Of a stretch of DNA of 64,000 bases, positions 26,236-35,920 are shown piece by piece (position 1 is the first letter of the stretch; the number at the start of each line of letters is the position of its first letter). The notes below the pieces were generated by a model. It saw only the letters and a program-made list of their open reading frames with translations. It was not told the DNA's origin and made no database searches. This stretch comes from an uncultured Azospirillum sp. (GTDB taxonomy: Bacteria > Pseudomonadota > Alphaproteobacteria > RF32 > CAG-239). The stretch is taken from contig UQAB01000007.1 in NCBI GenBank assembly GCA_900538765.1, forward strand, positions 939 through 64,938, given 5' to 3'. A program made the position numbers and the translations under genes.

Positions 26236-27657
26236 ATGAAACTTTTTAAAGAAATGAATGTGGACGGTTTGAAATCATTCATTCCCGAAGCAGAGATTAT
26301 GACACTTTTGTCAACGCGGATTAATGATAAAATCATGGTTCGCGACATCCTCGACAAATCTTTATCACTGCAACGTCTTGAGCCAAAGGAAATGGCGGTG
26401 CTGTTGAATGCGGATGATCCGGAAATCATTGCGGAAATCAAAGAAAGTGCGCATCGTTTGAAACAGGATGTCTACGGCAAACGTATTGTCTTGTTTGCGC
26501 CGCTTTATGTCGGCAATATGTGTATCAACAACTGTGCTTACTGTGGTTTGCGCTGTTCCAACCGGGATATTATGCGGACAACATTGAGCCGGGACGCTTT
26601 GGTGCAGGAAGTTTGCCGTCTGGAAGACAAAGGGCATAAGCGCCTGATTTTGGTTTATGGTGAACATCCTGCCTATAACGAAGATTTCATCGCCGAGTCT
26701 GTACGGACAGTTTATGGCGTTAAAAATGGCAAAGGCGCGATACGCCGGGTCAATATTAATGCTGCGCCGCTTGATGTTGATGGCTATAAAACGGTTAAGG
26801 CAGCCGGTATCGGTACTTATCAGATTTTTCAGGAAACCTATCATGAAGCAACCTATGCCAAAGTGCATCCGAGTGGACCAAAGTCAAATTATCTGTGGCG
26901 CCTGTACGGTTTGGACCGGGCAATGGAAGCCGGGATAGATGATGTCGGTATCGGCGCTTTGTTTGGGTTGTATCATCATAAGTTTGAGGCAATGGCGCTG
27001 CTGTATCATGCGATTCATCTGGAAGAACGTTTTAATGTTGGGCCGCATACCATATCCTTTCCGCGGATTAAAGAGGCTTTGAATACGGATTTGCAACAGG
27101 TTGCGGAATTTTCGCCGAATGATGAAGATTTTATGCATACGATTGCTGTTCTGCGTTTAGCTGTTCCTTATACGGGAATGATATTGACCGCACGTGAAGA
27201 TGTTAAATTTCGTCATGAAGCGATTAATTACGGTGTCAGCCAGATAGACGCGGGATCGGATGTCGGTGTTGGTGCTTATTCGCATGAAGGCGCAGCCGAA
27301 AACAGCAAAAAACGCCAGTTTGAACTGAGTGACAATCGCAGTTTGGATACGATTATTGGCGAACTCTGCAATGATGGCTTTATTCCGTCTTCCTGTACGG
27401 CCTGTTACCGTTCGGGACGCACCGGCGAACATTTTATGCAAATGGCCAAGCCGGGGTATATCAAAAAGTTCTGCACGGCGAACGCATTGCTGACTTTAAG
27501 TGAATATGCCGAAAATTATGCTTCTCCTGAAACCAGGGACAAATGTCAGAAACTGATTGAACGGGAACTGCAAGATTATCCGGACGGAAAAATGAAGGAG
27601 ATTTTGCGGGACAAACTGGCAAAAGTCCGGCAGGGCAAACAGGATTTGTACTTCTGA
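26236..27657 (+). CDS. hydG: [FeFe]-hydrogenase maturase HydG (radical SAM tyrosine lyase)
   Basis: 473 aa. Radical-SAM CINNCAYC plus the C-terminal CTACYRSGRTGEHFM cluster motif that separates HydG from the shorter ThiH. Confidence 0.85.
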   Translation: MKLFKEMNVDGLKSFIPEAEIMTLLSTRINDKIMVRDILDKSLSLQRLEPKEMAVLLNADDPEIIAEIKESAHRLKQDVYGKRIVLFAPLYVGNMCINNCAYCGLRCSNRDIMRTTLSRDALVQEVCRLEDKGHKRLILVYGEHPAYNEDFIAESVRTVYGVKNGKGAIRRVNINAAPLDVDGYKTVKAAGIGTYQIFQETYHEATYAKVHPSGPKSNYLWRLYGLDRAMEAGIDDVGIGALFGLYHHKFEAMALLYHAIHLEERFNVGPHTISFPRIKEALNTDLQQVAEFSPNDEDFMHTIAVLRLAVPYTGMILTAREDVKFRHEAINYGVSQIDAGSDVGVGAYSHEGAAENSKKRQFELSDNRSLDTIIGELCNDGFIPSSCTACYRSGRTGEHFMQMAKPGYIKKFCTANALLTLSEYAENYASPETRDKCQKLIERELQDYPDGKMKEILRDKLAKVRQGKQDLYF

Positions 27658-27663
27658 TAAAAA

Positions 27664-27746
27664 TACCGGCAGTGTAAAAAAAACTGTCGGTATTTTTTTA
27701 TAAAGGTTATCCCGGCATCTTGGTTGCCGGGATAACCCGTTTTTTT
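27664..27746 (+). terminator. Two tandem rho-independent terminators after hydG
   Basis: TACCGGCAGT..ACTGTCGGTA+T7 (27664-27699) and GGTTATCCCGGCA..TGCCGGGATAACC+T-run (27705-27746). Confidence 0.85.
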
Positions 27747-28044
27747 GTTGCGGTGTTTAAACCGCAGCTCTAGACTAAATTATAATAAGACTTTCAAAAG
27801 AAAGAATTATTATTTGTAGTAATTATTCTTAAACAGTCCAATCTTAAGAAGCAAAAGAATAATTACACTACTCATGCTATGAGAATAAACTTAAATTTCA
27901 ATTAAAAAAATTAAGTTAGTAACAAATAAAGTGTATGAAAATAGAATTTTAGTTATAAATAGTTGTACCTTAGGTTGTCGCATTTTAATGATTTTTAAGT
28001 AAATCAATGCTATAACGAAGATAAATTAAATTTTATCGAGATTC

Positions 28045-28917
28045 GTGATGAAAATGATAAGACCTATTGTAAACATCGGAAAAATTATAGAACCTTATGA
28101 GGCTGTTATTGTCGGCTTCAATGGTGTTTTGACTGATGGAAACGGTATTGCGGCTGATGCGGTCAATGCTTTGGTTGAAATGAAAAAAAGAGGAAAACAT
28201 ATTGTCCTCTGTTCCAATACCTGCATGCGGGTTGCTGCATTGTGCGATTTTCTGATTGCTGATAAGGTGCCGCTGAAGCTGTTTGACGCAGTTATAACAG
28301 CGGGAGAAATCCTCCATTATAAATTAAAAAGCCGTAGCCAGGAATGTGCTTCTTTGGGAACAGCCTATTACAAATTGGGCAGCTGTCGGGACATGGGGAT
28401 TTTTTCCGGACTTGATTATCAGCCGGTTGACGATATTTCCCTGGCTGATTTTGTTTATATGGATAGTGCGGCGTCGGCAGATGACATTATAGATAAATAC
28501 CTGCCGGAATTGGAACATGCTGCCGGTTTGGGATTACCGTTTGTCTGTGCCGGCAATGACACCTCCAGCTACAAGGACGGAAAGATAAGTCTGGCGCCGG
28601 GAGCTCTGGCGGAACAGTATGCTGTTCTGGGCGGAAAGATAATCACCGTCGGCAAGCCGGATCCCGTTGTTATGGCTTATTGCCTGGAAGCCTTGCCGCA
28701 GGGAATTGCCAAGGAGAAAATTTTAGTCATTGGCGATAATCTTGCCACGGACATCAAAGGCGCCAACCTTGCCGGTTTTGACAGTGTGCTGATTTCCAAA
28801 GGCGTGCACGTAAACTTCTTGGGAGAGGGATATATCTCGGATGTTACCAAAACCCGCGAACTGTCGATGAGTATTGATGCTTATCCTGATTATGTCATTT
28901 CCGGCTTGCGCTGGTAA
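28045..28917 (+). CDS. HAD-superfamily class IIA-like protein with a non-canonical motif I
   Basis: 290 aa. GKPDP and GDNLATDIKGA (motifs III/IV) are present. Motif I reads VGFNGVL instead of DxDG(V/T)L. Start uncertain (GTG 28045, ATG 28048 or ATG 28054). Confidence 0.65.
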   Translation: MMKMIRPIVNIGKIIEPYEAVIVGFNGVLTDGNGIAADAVNALVEMKKRGKHIVLCSNTCMRVAALCDFLIADKVPLKLFDAVITAGEILHYKLKSRSQECASLGTAYYKLGSCRDMGIFSGLDYQPVDDISLADFVYMDSAASADDIIDKYLPELEHAAGLGLPFVCAGNDTSSYKDGKISLAPGALAEQYAVLGGKIITVGKPDPVVMAYCLEALPQGIAKEKILVIGDNLATDIKGANLAGFDSVLISKGVHVNFLGEGYISDVTKTRELSMSIDAYPDYVISGLRW

Positions 28918-30735
28918 TCAGGCATTTTGTTCCAGTTCTTCCTTAATCATCTGAATTTCAAGCCACTGGTTTTCCGCATTTTCCAGTTCCTGTTTTTTGG
29001 TACTCAGTTCTTCGGTCAGGCGGTCAAAAGCTTCTCTGTCGGCGTTGTATAAATCGCCACAGCCGAGCTTTTCTTCAATCTGCCGGATATTTTCTTCAAG
29101 TTCTGAAACTTTCTGCGGCAAAACTTCCAGCAGGCGCTGCTGGTTGTAGCTGAGCTTTGTTGTTTTCTTTGGGGCGGAAACGTCTTTGCGTTCTTTGGGC
29201 TTTTCTTTTTTCTCCGGTGTTTTGGCCGGTCTGGATTTTTCCGCCAGTTTTTGCTCCAGTTCGCTGTAACTTCCCGGATATTCGGTAATGGAACCGTCCC
29301 CCGGCATATAAATAATAGATGTTGCCACCCGGTCAAGAAAATCCCGATCATGGCTGACGATTAAAGCCGTTCCCTCATAATCGCCGAGAACTTCCTGCAA
29401 CAGGTCGATTGTATCCATGTCCAAATCGTTGGTCGGCTCGTCCAAAACCAGAAAATTCGACGTCTTTGCCAGAGCAACCGCCAGCATCAGACGGTTCTTC
29501 TCGCCGCCGGAAAGGGCGGAAACCGGACATTGTGCCTGTTCCGGCTTAAACAGAAAATCTTTCAAATAAGCCACGACATGGCGGTATTGTCCGCGGACAT
29601 GTATATGGTCGCCTTCGTTGCAAAGTGTTTTCCACAATGTCTTTTTCGGGTCAAGGGAAATACGATTCTGATCAAAATAAGCCTCTTCCAGATTTTTCCC
29701 GATTCGCACAAAACCGGAGTCGGGTTCCAGACGTTTGGTCAGAAGCTTGATAAGCGTCGTTTTTCCGGCACCGTTCGGTCCGACAATGCCAATCTTGTTG
29801 GCGCGCATGATTTTTATGGAAAAATCTTTCACCAGTTGGCGTTCGCCGTATGTTTTGTTGATGTGCTTGGCTTCGATAACCAGTTTTGACCGGGCGTCGC
29901 CTTCTTCAATTTCCATGCTGACGGAGCCAGTCTGTTTAATTTGGTTTTTGCGTTCTTCGCGCAGTTGTTGTAACCGCCGCAACCTTCCCATGTTTCTCTT
30001 TCTTCGGGCGGTCACGCCTTTGTGCAGCCACTCTGTTTCCGCTTCTATCTTCTTGTTCAGGTATTTCTGCTCGATGATTTCCTGATTAATGACCTGTTCC
30101 TGCCATTCCTCAAAATATTTGAAACCTTTGTTGTTCCGGCGCATAATGCCCCGGTCAAGCCAAAATGTCACGTCAGATACATCGGTCAAAAAACGCCGGT
30201 CATGGCTGATGGTGATAACCGCGCCGGAAAAGGCGCTGATAATTTCTTCCAGTTTCTGAATTGTCGGCATATCAAGATGGTTGGTCGGTTCGTCCAAAAG
30301 CAGAATATCGGGTTCTCCGATGAGCGTCTTGGCCAGAAATGCTTTCCTTTGTTCGCCGCCGGAAGCTTTTTCCGGATTTTGCTGCGGTAGGATTCCCAGT
30401 TGTTCAATAAGAATGTCCGCCCGGTATTCCTGATCGCGTTCTTCGGGCGGAAGCCCTGATAATACCACTTCTTTCAGGGTTTTGTAGCCCTGAATATTGG
30501 GATCTTGCGGCATATAGGCAATTTTTGTTCCCGGCTGCACAAACATTTCTCCGCTGTCCGGTTCAATAATTCCGGCAATGACTTTAAGCAGAGTCGATTT
30601 TCCCGAACCGTTTCGCCCGACCAGAGAAATCTTGTCGCCGCGGTTGATATAAAGTTCCACGTCAGAAAACAACTCGTGCGGGCCGAAACTCAGCTTCACC
30701 CCTTTAATTGTCATAATAGGCGGTTCAAACATCAC
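28918..30735 (-). CDS. ABC-F family ATPase (Uup/EttA-like)
   Basis: 605 aa. Two ABC cassettes (GRNGSGKST, GPNGAGKTT, two LSGGE signatures) and a C-terminal coiled coil. Confidence 0.9.
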   Translation of the reverse strand: MMFEPPIMTIKGVKLSFGPHELFSDVELYINRGDKISLVGRNGSGKSTLLKVIAGIIEPDSGEMFVQPGTKIAYMPQDPNIQGYKTLKEVVLSGLPPEERDQEYRADILIEQLGILPQQNPEKASGGEQRKAFLAKTLIGEPDILLLDEPTNHLDMPTIQKLEEIISAFSGAVITISHDRRFLTDVSDVTFWLDRGIMRRNNKGFKYFEEWQEQVINQEIIEQKYLNKKIEAETEWLHKGVTARRKRNMGRLRRLQQLREERKNQIKQTGSVSMEIEEGDARSKLVIEAKHINKTYGERQLVKDFSIKIMRANKIGIVGPNGAGKTTLIKLLTKRLEPDSGFVRIGKNLEEAYFDQNRISLDPKKTLWKTLCNEGDHIHVRGQYRHVVAYLKDFLFKPEQAQCPVSALSGGEKNRLMLAVALAKTSNFLVLDEPTNDLDMDTIDLLQEVLGDYEGTALIVSHDRDFLDRVATSIIYMPGDGSITEYPGSYSELEQKLAEKSRPAKTPEKKEKPKERKDVSAPKKTTKLSYNQQRLLEVLPQKVSELEENIRQIEEKLGCGDLYNADREAFDRLTEELSTKKQELENAENQWLEIQMIKEELEQNA

Positions 30736-30753
30736 GGTATCCTGCGCAGCCTG

Positions 30754-31182
30754 TTATAAATCGCCTTCGATAAGCTGGATTCCTTCAATTTCCCATTCCA
30801 GCCCTTTGGCGGCCCAGAGGAAGAAATCGTTGATTTTTTCTTCTTTGATGCCGACATGGCGTCCGATGTTATAAATCGAAGCGACTTCCCCGTCGGACAA
30901 TTCGTGGTTTGAAATCGCAACGAGAATCATTTCTCTGAGAATATAGCGTCTGGTGCGAATATTCTTGACTTCCGCGAGAAGCTTGTACATTTCTTCTTCA
31001 CCTTTGGCCCGTTTGATTTTTTTCAGAACCGATTCGTCCAGCCCCAAATCATTAATTCTGCTCAGGACATAATCCATATTGCGTGCGGACGAGTCGTTCA
31101 GATCCAGAATATACAGCAGGCTGGTGATATAAACATTGCGTTCTTTTTCGGTCAATTCATTCAAAACATTTGGCACGGTCAT
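30754..31182 (-). CDS. Small helical protein, possibly TerB-like
   Basis: 142 aa. The pattern HELSDGEVASIYNIGRHVGI resembles TerB-type repeats. Weak call. Confidence 0.35.
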   Translation of the reverse strand: MTVPNVLNELTEKERNVYITSLLYILDLNDSSARNMDYVLSRINDLGLDESVLKKIKRAKGEEEMYKLLAEVKNIRTRRYILREMILVAISNHELSDGEVASIYNIGRHVGIKEEKINDFFLWAAKGLEWEIEGIQLIEGDL

Positions 31183-31299
31183 AATTCTCTCAGTTGTTAA
31201 AACAAATTACCTTATACATTAAAAATAAAGATTTGCAAAACAAAATATTAAATATATAATGCCGCCAAAAGTTAACCAAATTCAACAAGGAAATGTCAA

Positions 31300-31692
31300 A
31301 TGCCTTTAAAAATAGAGCTGAAACCGCATGAAAGCATTATTATCGGAGAAGCTTTGATTACCAATGACAACGAGCGTACCAGATTTTATATTGAAGGAAA
31401 TGTGCCGATTCTCCGTGAAAAGTTCATTTTGCGTGAAAAAGACGCCAATACGCCGAGTAAGCGGGTTTATTTTATTGTCCAGCAGATGTATCTGGCGCGC
31501 GGCGTAACCGAACTGCAGACGATGTACATTGATTTTGTGCGTGATTTGCAAAAGGCGGCGCCGAGTCTCATTCCTTATACCGCAGCCGTAACCGATGACA
31601 TTCTGAAAGGCGATTATTACAGCGCAATCAAGAGTGCCAGTCGTTTGGTGGCCAAAGAAACCGAATTGTTCGGTGAGACTCTGAAAATTTAA
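31300..31692 (+). CDS. flbT: Flagellin synthesis repressor FlbT
   Basis: 130 aa. MPLKIELKPHESIIIGEALITN...RFYIEG is the FlbT signature opening. Sits directly upstream of the flagellin genes. Confidence 0.85.
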   Translation: MPLKIELKPHESIIIGEALITNDNERTRFYIEGNVPILREKFILREKDANTPSKRVYFIVQQMYLARGVTELQTMYIDFVRDLQKAAPSLIPYTAAVTDDILKGDYYSAIKSASRLVAKETELFGETLKI

Positions 31693-31838
31693 GAATAAAA
31701 AAAATAGTTTTATGTTAACTTATTGATTTCGCTTAATTATTAGATTAAGTGTTGCTTAGCCTTTAAAAATGTGTTAATCTGATAATGTAGTTGTCAGAAA
31801 GACAATGAATATTAACCACAGGAATTGGGAGAAAAGCG

Positions 31839-32933
31839 ATGTCAAATATATCTTTAACCGCTAGTATGCGTACAAACCTTTTGTCTTTGCAGAACACTCA
31901 GAGTTTGATGGATACAACTCAGGAGCGGTTGTCTACTGGTAAAAAAGTAAACTCGGCGATTGATAACCCGTCATCCTACTATACAGCTCAGAATCTGACC
32001 AACCGCGCCAGCGACTTGGAAACTTTGCTTGATAGTATGGGGCAGGGTATTCAGACCATTAAAGCTGCCAACGAAGGTATCGAGGCGATTACCTCTTTCG
32101 TCCAGCAGGCGAAGGCTGTGGCAAATACTGCCCGTGATACGGCTGCTAAAAGCGAAATTGAATCCAGCGGAACTTACGTTGCCGAAGACGGTAAAATGAC
32201 CATCAAAGTTGGCGATGAAACCTTGGAAGTCAATGTTACACAGGCTGGTCAGGGTGATATCGGCAAATTGGTAACGGCTATTCAGGGGGCGACTGATTAC
32301 GCTAAAAAAAGCTTTACTGTTGAAGCTAACGATGACAGTACCGGCTTGGTCATTAAAGCCAAAGACGGTGCCGAGATCAACGGAGCAGTCAGTATCGAAA
32401 ACGGTATGGGCTTGTCTGTTAATGGTAAAATCGATACCGTTTCCCGTCAGACTTCAATGAAACAATTCAATGATATCCTCTCTCAGATTGACCAGTTGGC
32501 TGCTGATGCTTCTTATAAAGGCGTCAACTTGCTGAAGGGTGATGACTTGAAGGTAATTTTCAACGAAGACCGCAGTTCTTCAATCGAAATTAAGGGTGAC
32601 GACGCAAGTGCCGCCGGCTTAGGCTTGGAAGCCGTTGCCGACTGGTCAACCAACGAACTGATTGATGCGACGATTGCTAAAGTCGATGCTGCTATTACGG
32701 AACTTCGCAATATGGCTTCCGAGTTTGGTAACAACTACTCTATCGTTCAGACGCGTCAGGACTTCACTGAAAACCTGATGAACGTATTGACGGAAGGTGC
32801 AGATAACTTGACCTTGGCTGACATGAATGAAGAGTCTGCAAATATGCTGGCTCTGCAGACCAGACAGCAGCTCGGCGTCAATGCCTTGAGCCTGGCTTCC
32901 CAGTCTGCTCAGTCTGTCTTGAGCTTGTTCTAA
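31839..32933 (+). CDS. fliC: Flagellin paralogue A (364 aa)
   Basis: Conserved N-terminus (SLTASMRTNLLSLQNTQSLMDTTQERLSTGKKVNSAIDNP) and C-terminus (NMLALQTRQQLGVNALSLASQ). Terminator GGAGCGG..CCGCTCC at 32964-32991. Confidence 0.9.
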   Translation: MSNISLTASMRTNLLSLQNTQSLMDTTQERLSTGKKVNSAIDNPSSYYTAQNLTNRASDLETLLDSMGQGIQTIKAANEGIEAITSFVQQAKAVANTARDTAAKSEIESSGTYVAEDGKMTIKVGDETLEVNVTQAGQGDIGKLVTAIQGATDYAKKSFTVEANDDSTGLVIKAKDGAEINGAVSIENGMGLSVNGKIDTVSRQTSMKQFNDILSQIDQLAADASYKGVNLLKGDDLKVIFNEDRSSSIEIKGDDASAAGLGLEAVADWSTNELIDATIAKVDAAITELRNMASEFGNNYSIVQTRQDFTENLMNVLTEGADNLTLADMNEESANMLALQTRQQLGVNALSLASQSAQSVLSLF

Positions 32934-33222
32934 ATCAGGACTCTTTAATTGATAACAGGAGAGGGAGCGGAGAAATCCGCTCCTTATTTTTATGTCTGCA
33001 AGATTTTGGCATGAAAAATGCATTGAAATAGTCGGGTGAACTGAAACGTGCGATGTGAAAGTTATCCCCAGACAATTTTTTAATTATTGTCAATGGTTAA
33101 AAAAATGTTAATGTAAAATACAAAGAAATAGAAATTTTTTTAAGAGATAACTCAAGGCATTGAAGTCAGAATGACAATGACAAACAGCCTTTATCCTTGC
33201 CAAGGGTCTTAGGAGAATAAAT

Positions 33223-34389
33223 ATGGCAGATATTTCATTAACCGCAAGTATGCGAACAACATTATTGTCTTTGCAAAATACGCAAAGTCTTATGGATATG
33301 ACACAGGAAAGATTGTCAACAGGAAAGAAAGTTAACTCTGCTATTGATAATCCTATGTCTTACTACACGGCGCAAGGCTTGACTAACCGTGCCAGCGACT
33401 TGGAAGCTTTGCTGGACAGTATGGGGCAGGGTATTCAAACCCTGAAAGCCGCCAACGAAGGCATTGAAGCAATTACCTCTTTCGTTCAGCAGGCAAAGGC
33501 TGTTGCCAACACCGCCCGTGATACTGTTTCCAAATCCTCTCTCACGTCAAGCGGTACTTTCAAAAATAGTATTCCTGAAGCCCCGACAGGCGGTCCTGCC
33601 AATACGTCAAAAATTACGATTAATATTGGTGATGATAGCATTTCCTATGATGTTAAAGGAGCTATAAATGGTGGTGCCGCTGCTGATGATATAGATGCTG
33701 TTATTACCGGTTTAAATGCAGATCCAAACGATGATGTCTTGACAAAGTATAATCTTGAACTTGTCAAAAGTGCTGATGGTAAATCTATTGAACTCAAAAT
33801 CAAAGATCCCAATGTAGATGTTTCTTCTTTGAAAGTATCCATGACAACAGAAGGGGCTAGTATCGGTTTGAGCATTGGCGGCATTATTGATAATACTGCT
33901 CGTGACAATTCCATGAAACAATTTAATGAAATCTTGAATCAGATTGACCAGTTGGCTAACGATGCGACTTACAAGGGTGTAAATCTGTTGAAAGAAGACG
34001 ATTTGAGAGTCGTCTTTAATGAAGACCGCACATCGTTTTTGGATGTTAAGGGAGATAATGCTTCCACGGCCGGATTGGGGTTGAGCGTCGTTTCTGATTG
34101 GTCTACGACGGATTTGATTGATACGACGATTACTGAAGTCGAAAACGCTATTAATAAATTGCGTGATATGGCTTCTGTTTTTGGTAATAACTATTCCATT
34201 GTTCAGAATCGTGAAGATTTTACAGACAGTTTGGTTAATGTTTTGACCGAAGGTTCTGATAAGCTTGTTTTGGCTGACATGAACGAAGAGTCTGCCAACA
34301 TGCTGGCTCTGCAAACCAGACAGCAGCTCGGCGTCAATGCGTTAAGTTTGGCTTCTCAGGCAGCGCAGTCAGTCTTGAAGCTGTTCTAA
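33223..34389 (+). CDS. fliC: Flagellin paralogue B (388 aa, most divergent)
   Basis: Same N/C-terminal domains with a longer, distinct central region. Terminator at 34411-34435. Confidence 0.9.
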   Translation: MADISLTASMRTTLLSLQNTQSLMDMTQERLSTGKKVNSAIDNPMSYYTAQGLTNRASDLEALLDSMGQGIQTLKAANEGIEAITSFVQQAKAVANTARDTVSKSSLTSSGTFKNSIPEAPTGGPANTSKITINIGDDSISYDVKGAINGGAAADDIDAVITGLNADPNDDVLTKYNLELVKSADGKSIELKIKDPNVDVSSLKVSMTTEGASIGLSIGGIIDNTARDNSMKQFNEILNQIDQLANDATYKGVNLLKEDDLRVVFNEDRTSFLDVKGDNASTAGLGLSVVSDWSTTDLIDTTITEVENAINKLRDMASVFGNNYSIVQNREDFTDSLVNVLTEGSDKLVLADMNEESANMLALQTRQQLGVNALSLASQAAQSVLKLF

Positions 34390-34496
34390 AACAGAAAATG
34401 AAAATCAGAAAAGGGCGGAAAATTCCGCCCTTTTGTTCTTGAGTTTTTGCATGAAGCTGATAATATTATTTTATAAGAACAAAAGGGGTAATTTTC

Positions 34497-35771
34497 ATGC
34501 GCAGAACGTTTTTCGCAATTTTAATGTCTGGCGTGTTTTTCACGCTTCCGTTATATGCTCAGCCGACAATAGACATTGGTCAAAATGATTCGGAAGCTCA
34601 GCCGCTTGCTGCTGCTCAGGAGCAACCGGCGGAAAAAGTATCGCAATCACAGGCGGCGGTTGTCGAAAATTCAGCGGCCGTTGAAGAAAATCTCGCCGAT
34701 AAAGAGAAAAAAGGCCTGTTTTCTTTTCTTAATTTTTCTTTTATGAACAAAAAAGACCCTGAAATTGTTAAAGAGGCAGAAGAACATCGGGAAACTTTTT
34801 TACAAACTATGACGCGTAAGGCTGAAGAAGGCAATGTTGATGCCCAGTTGTCTTTGGGATATATGTATTTGTACGGAGATGCGGACGCTGGTGTAACTTC
34901 AGATTATGAACAGGCTTTTAAATATTATTCCATGGCGGCGGCTCAAGGTGATAATATTGCGATAAACAACCTGGGCAGCTTATATTACAGTGGCGTCGGT
35001 ACCAAACGAAATCCTTACAAAGCGGCGATTCTCTTTGCCAAGGCCGCCGATCAGGGCAATGTGGAAGCTGCCGTAAATCTGGCTTTTTTGTATTTAAGCG
35101 GCAGCGGCATCCAGCAAGACAGTACAAAAGCAATGAATTATTTTGCCAAAGCTTCCTCTCAGGGAAATCTGACGGCACAGTTTGTTATGGGATATGCATA
35201 TTATAAAGGCTTTGTTATCGGACAGGATTATAAAAAGGCTTTTGAACTGATGCGGGAACCGGCCAAAGCGGGGTTCGACGAAGCGCAGTATAATATGGCA
35301 TTAATGTATTTAAACGGCGAAGGTATTACCAAAAACTACGGTAATGCCGTCAAATATCTGGGCAACTCTTTTATGCAGGGGAATGTTCAGGCGATGATAA
35401 AACTGGCAGATATTTTAGCCGCCGGAGAAGTTTATCCGAAAAATATTTATCAGGCGCATATTCTTTATAATATTGCATCCGTTCGCGGGGCACCCCAGGC
35501 TGCGGAAAAGCGGGATATTTTGGAGCAGCATCTTAAGATAAATGAAGTTTTGCAGGCGCAGACGGAAGCTGAGAATTTTAAAGATCAGCCCAAAGAATTG
35601 ACTAATTATATTCGTAAAACTTTTGGTGCAAATATTGCTTCCTATATTGATGAACAAATGCCGTCTAAACAGACTGCTCCAAAAGTTATGCCGGAACCGT
35701 CTTACGCACCGCCGGCGGCGCCTGTGACAATCAATAATCCGCCGGTTCAGGGAAGCCGTCCTTTACTCTGA
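34497..35771 (+). CDS. Secreted Sel1-like repeat (SLR/TPR) protein
   Basis: 424 aa. Signal peptide MRRTFFAILMSGVFFTLPLYAQP and repeated A..G...AQ..LG.MY..G modules. Confidence 0.8.
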   Translation: MRRTFFAILMSGVFFTLPLYAQPTIDIGQNDSEAQPLAAAQEQPAEKVSQSQAAVVENSAAVEENLADKEKKGLFSFLNFSFMNKKDPEIVKEAEEHRETFLQTMTRKAEEGNVDAQLSLGYMYLYGDADAGVTSDYEQAFKYYSMAAAQGDNIAINNLGSLYYSGVGTKRNPYKAAILFAKAADQGNVEAAVNLAFLYLSGSGIQQDSTKAMNYFAKASSQGNLTAQFVMGYAYYKGFVIGQDYKKAFELMREPAKAGFDEAQYNMALMYLNGEGITKNYGNAVKYLGNSFMQGNVQAMIKLADILAAGEVYPKNIYQAHILYNIASVRGAPQAAEKRDILEQHLKINEVLQAQTEAENFKDQPKELTNYIRKTFGANIASYIDEQMPSKQTAPKVMPEPSYAPPAAPVTINNPPVQGSRPLL

Positions 35772-35920
35772 GTGTTGCGTTTGAAAGCTGTTAACTAAAA
35801 ATTTAGTAAATTTGTGTACACTGCCGTCAATTAATTATATTAAATATATACTTAAGAGAATGGCTTCTGAGTTGTCGCAAAGGCAGCCGGGAATTAACCA
35901 CAGTAATTTGGAGAAAGAAA

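Noticed and set aside
26236-27657. An alternative call of ThiH (thiamine tyrosine lyase) for the radical SAM protein.
   Set aside because: The length (473 aa), the extra C-terminal Cys motif CTACY and its position next to hydF all favour HydG.
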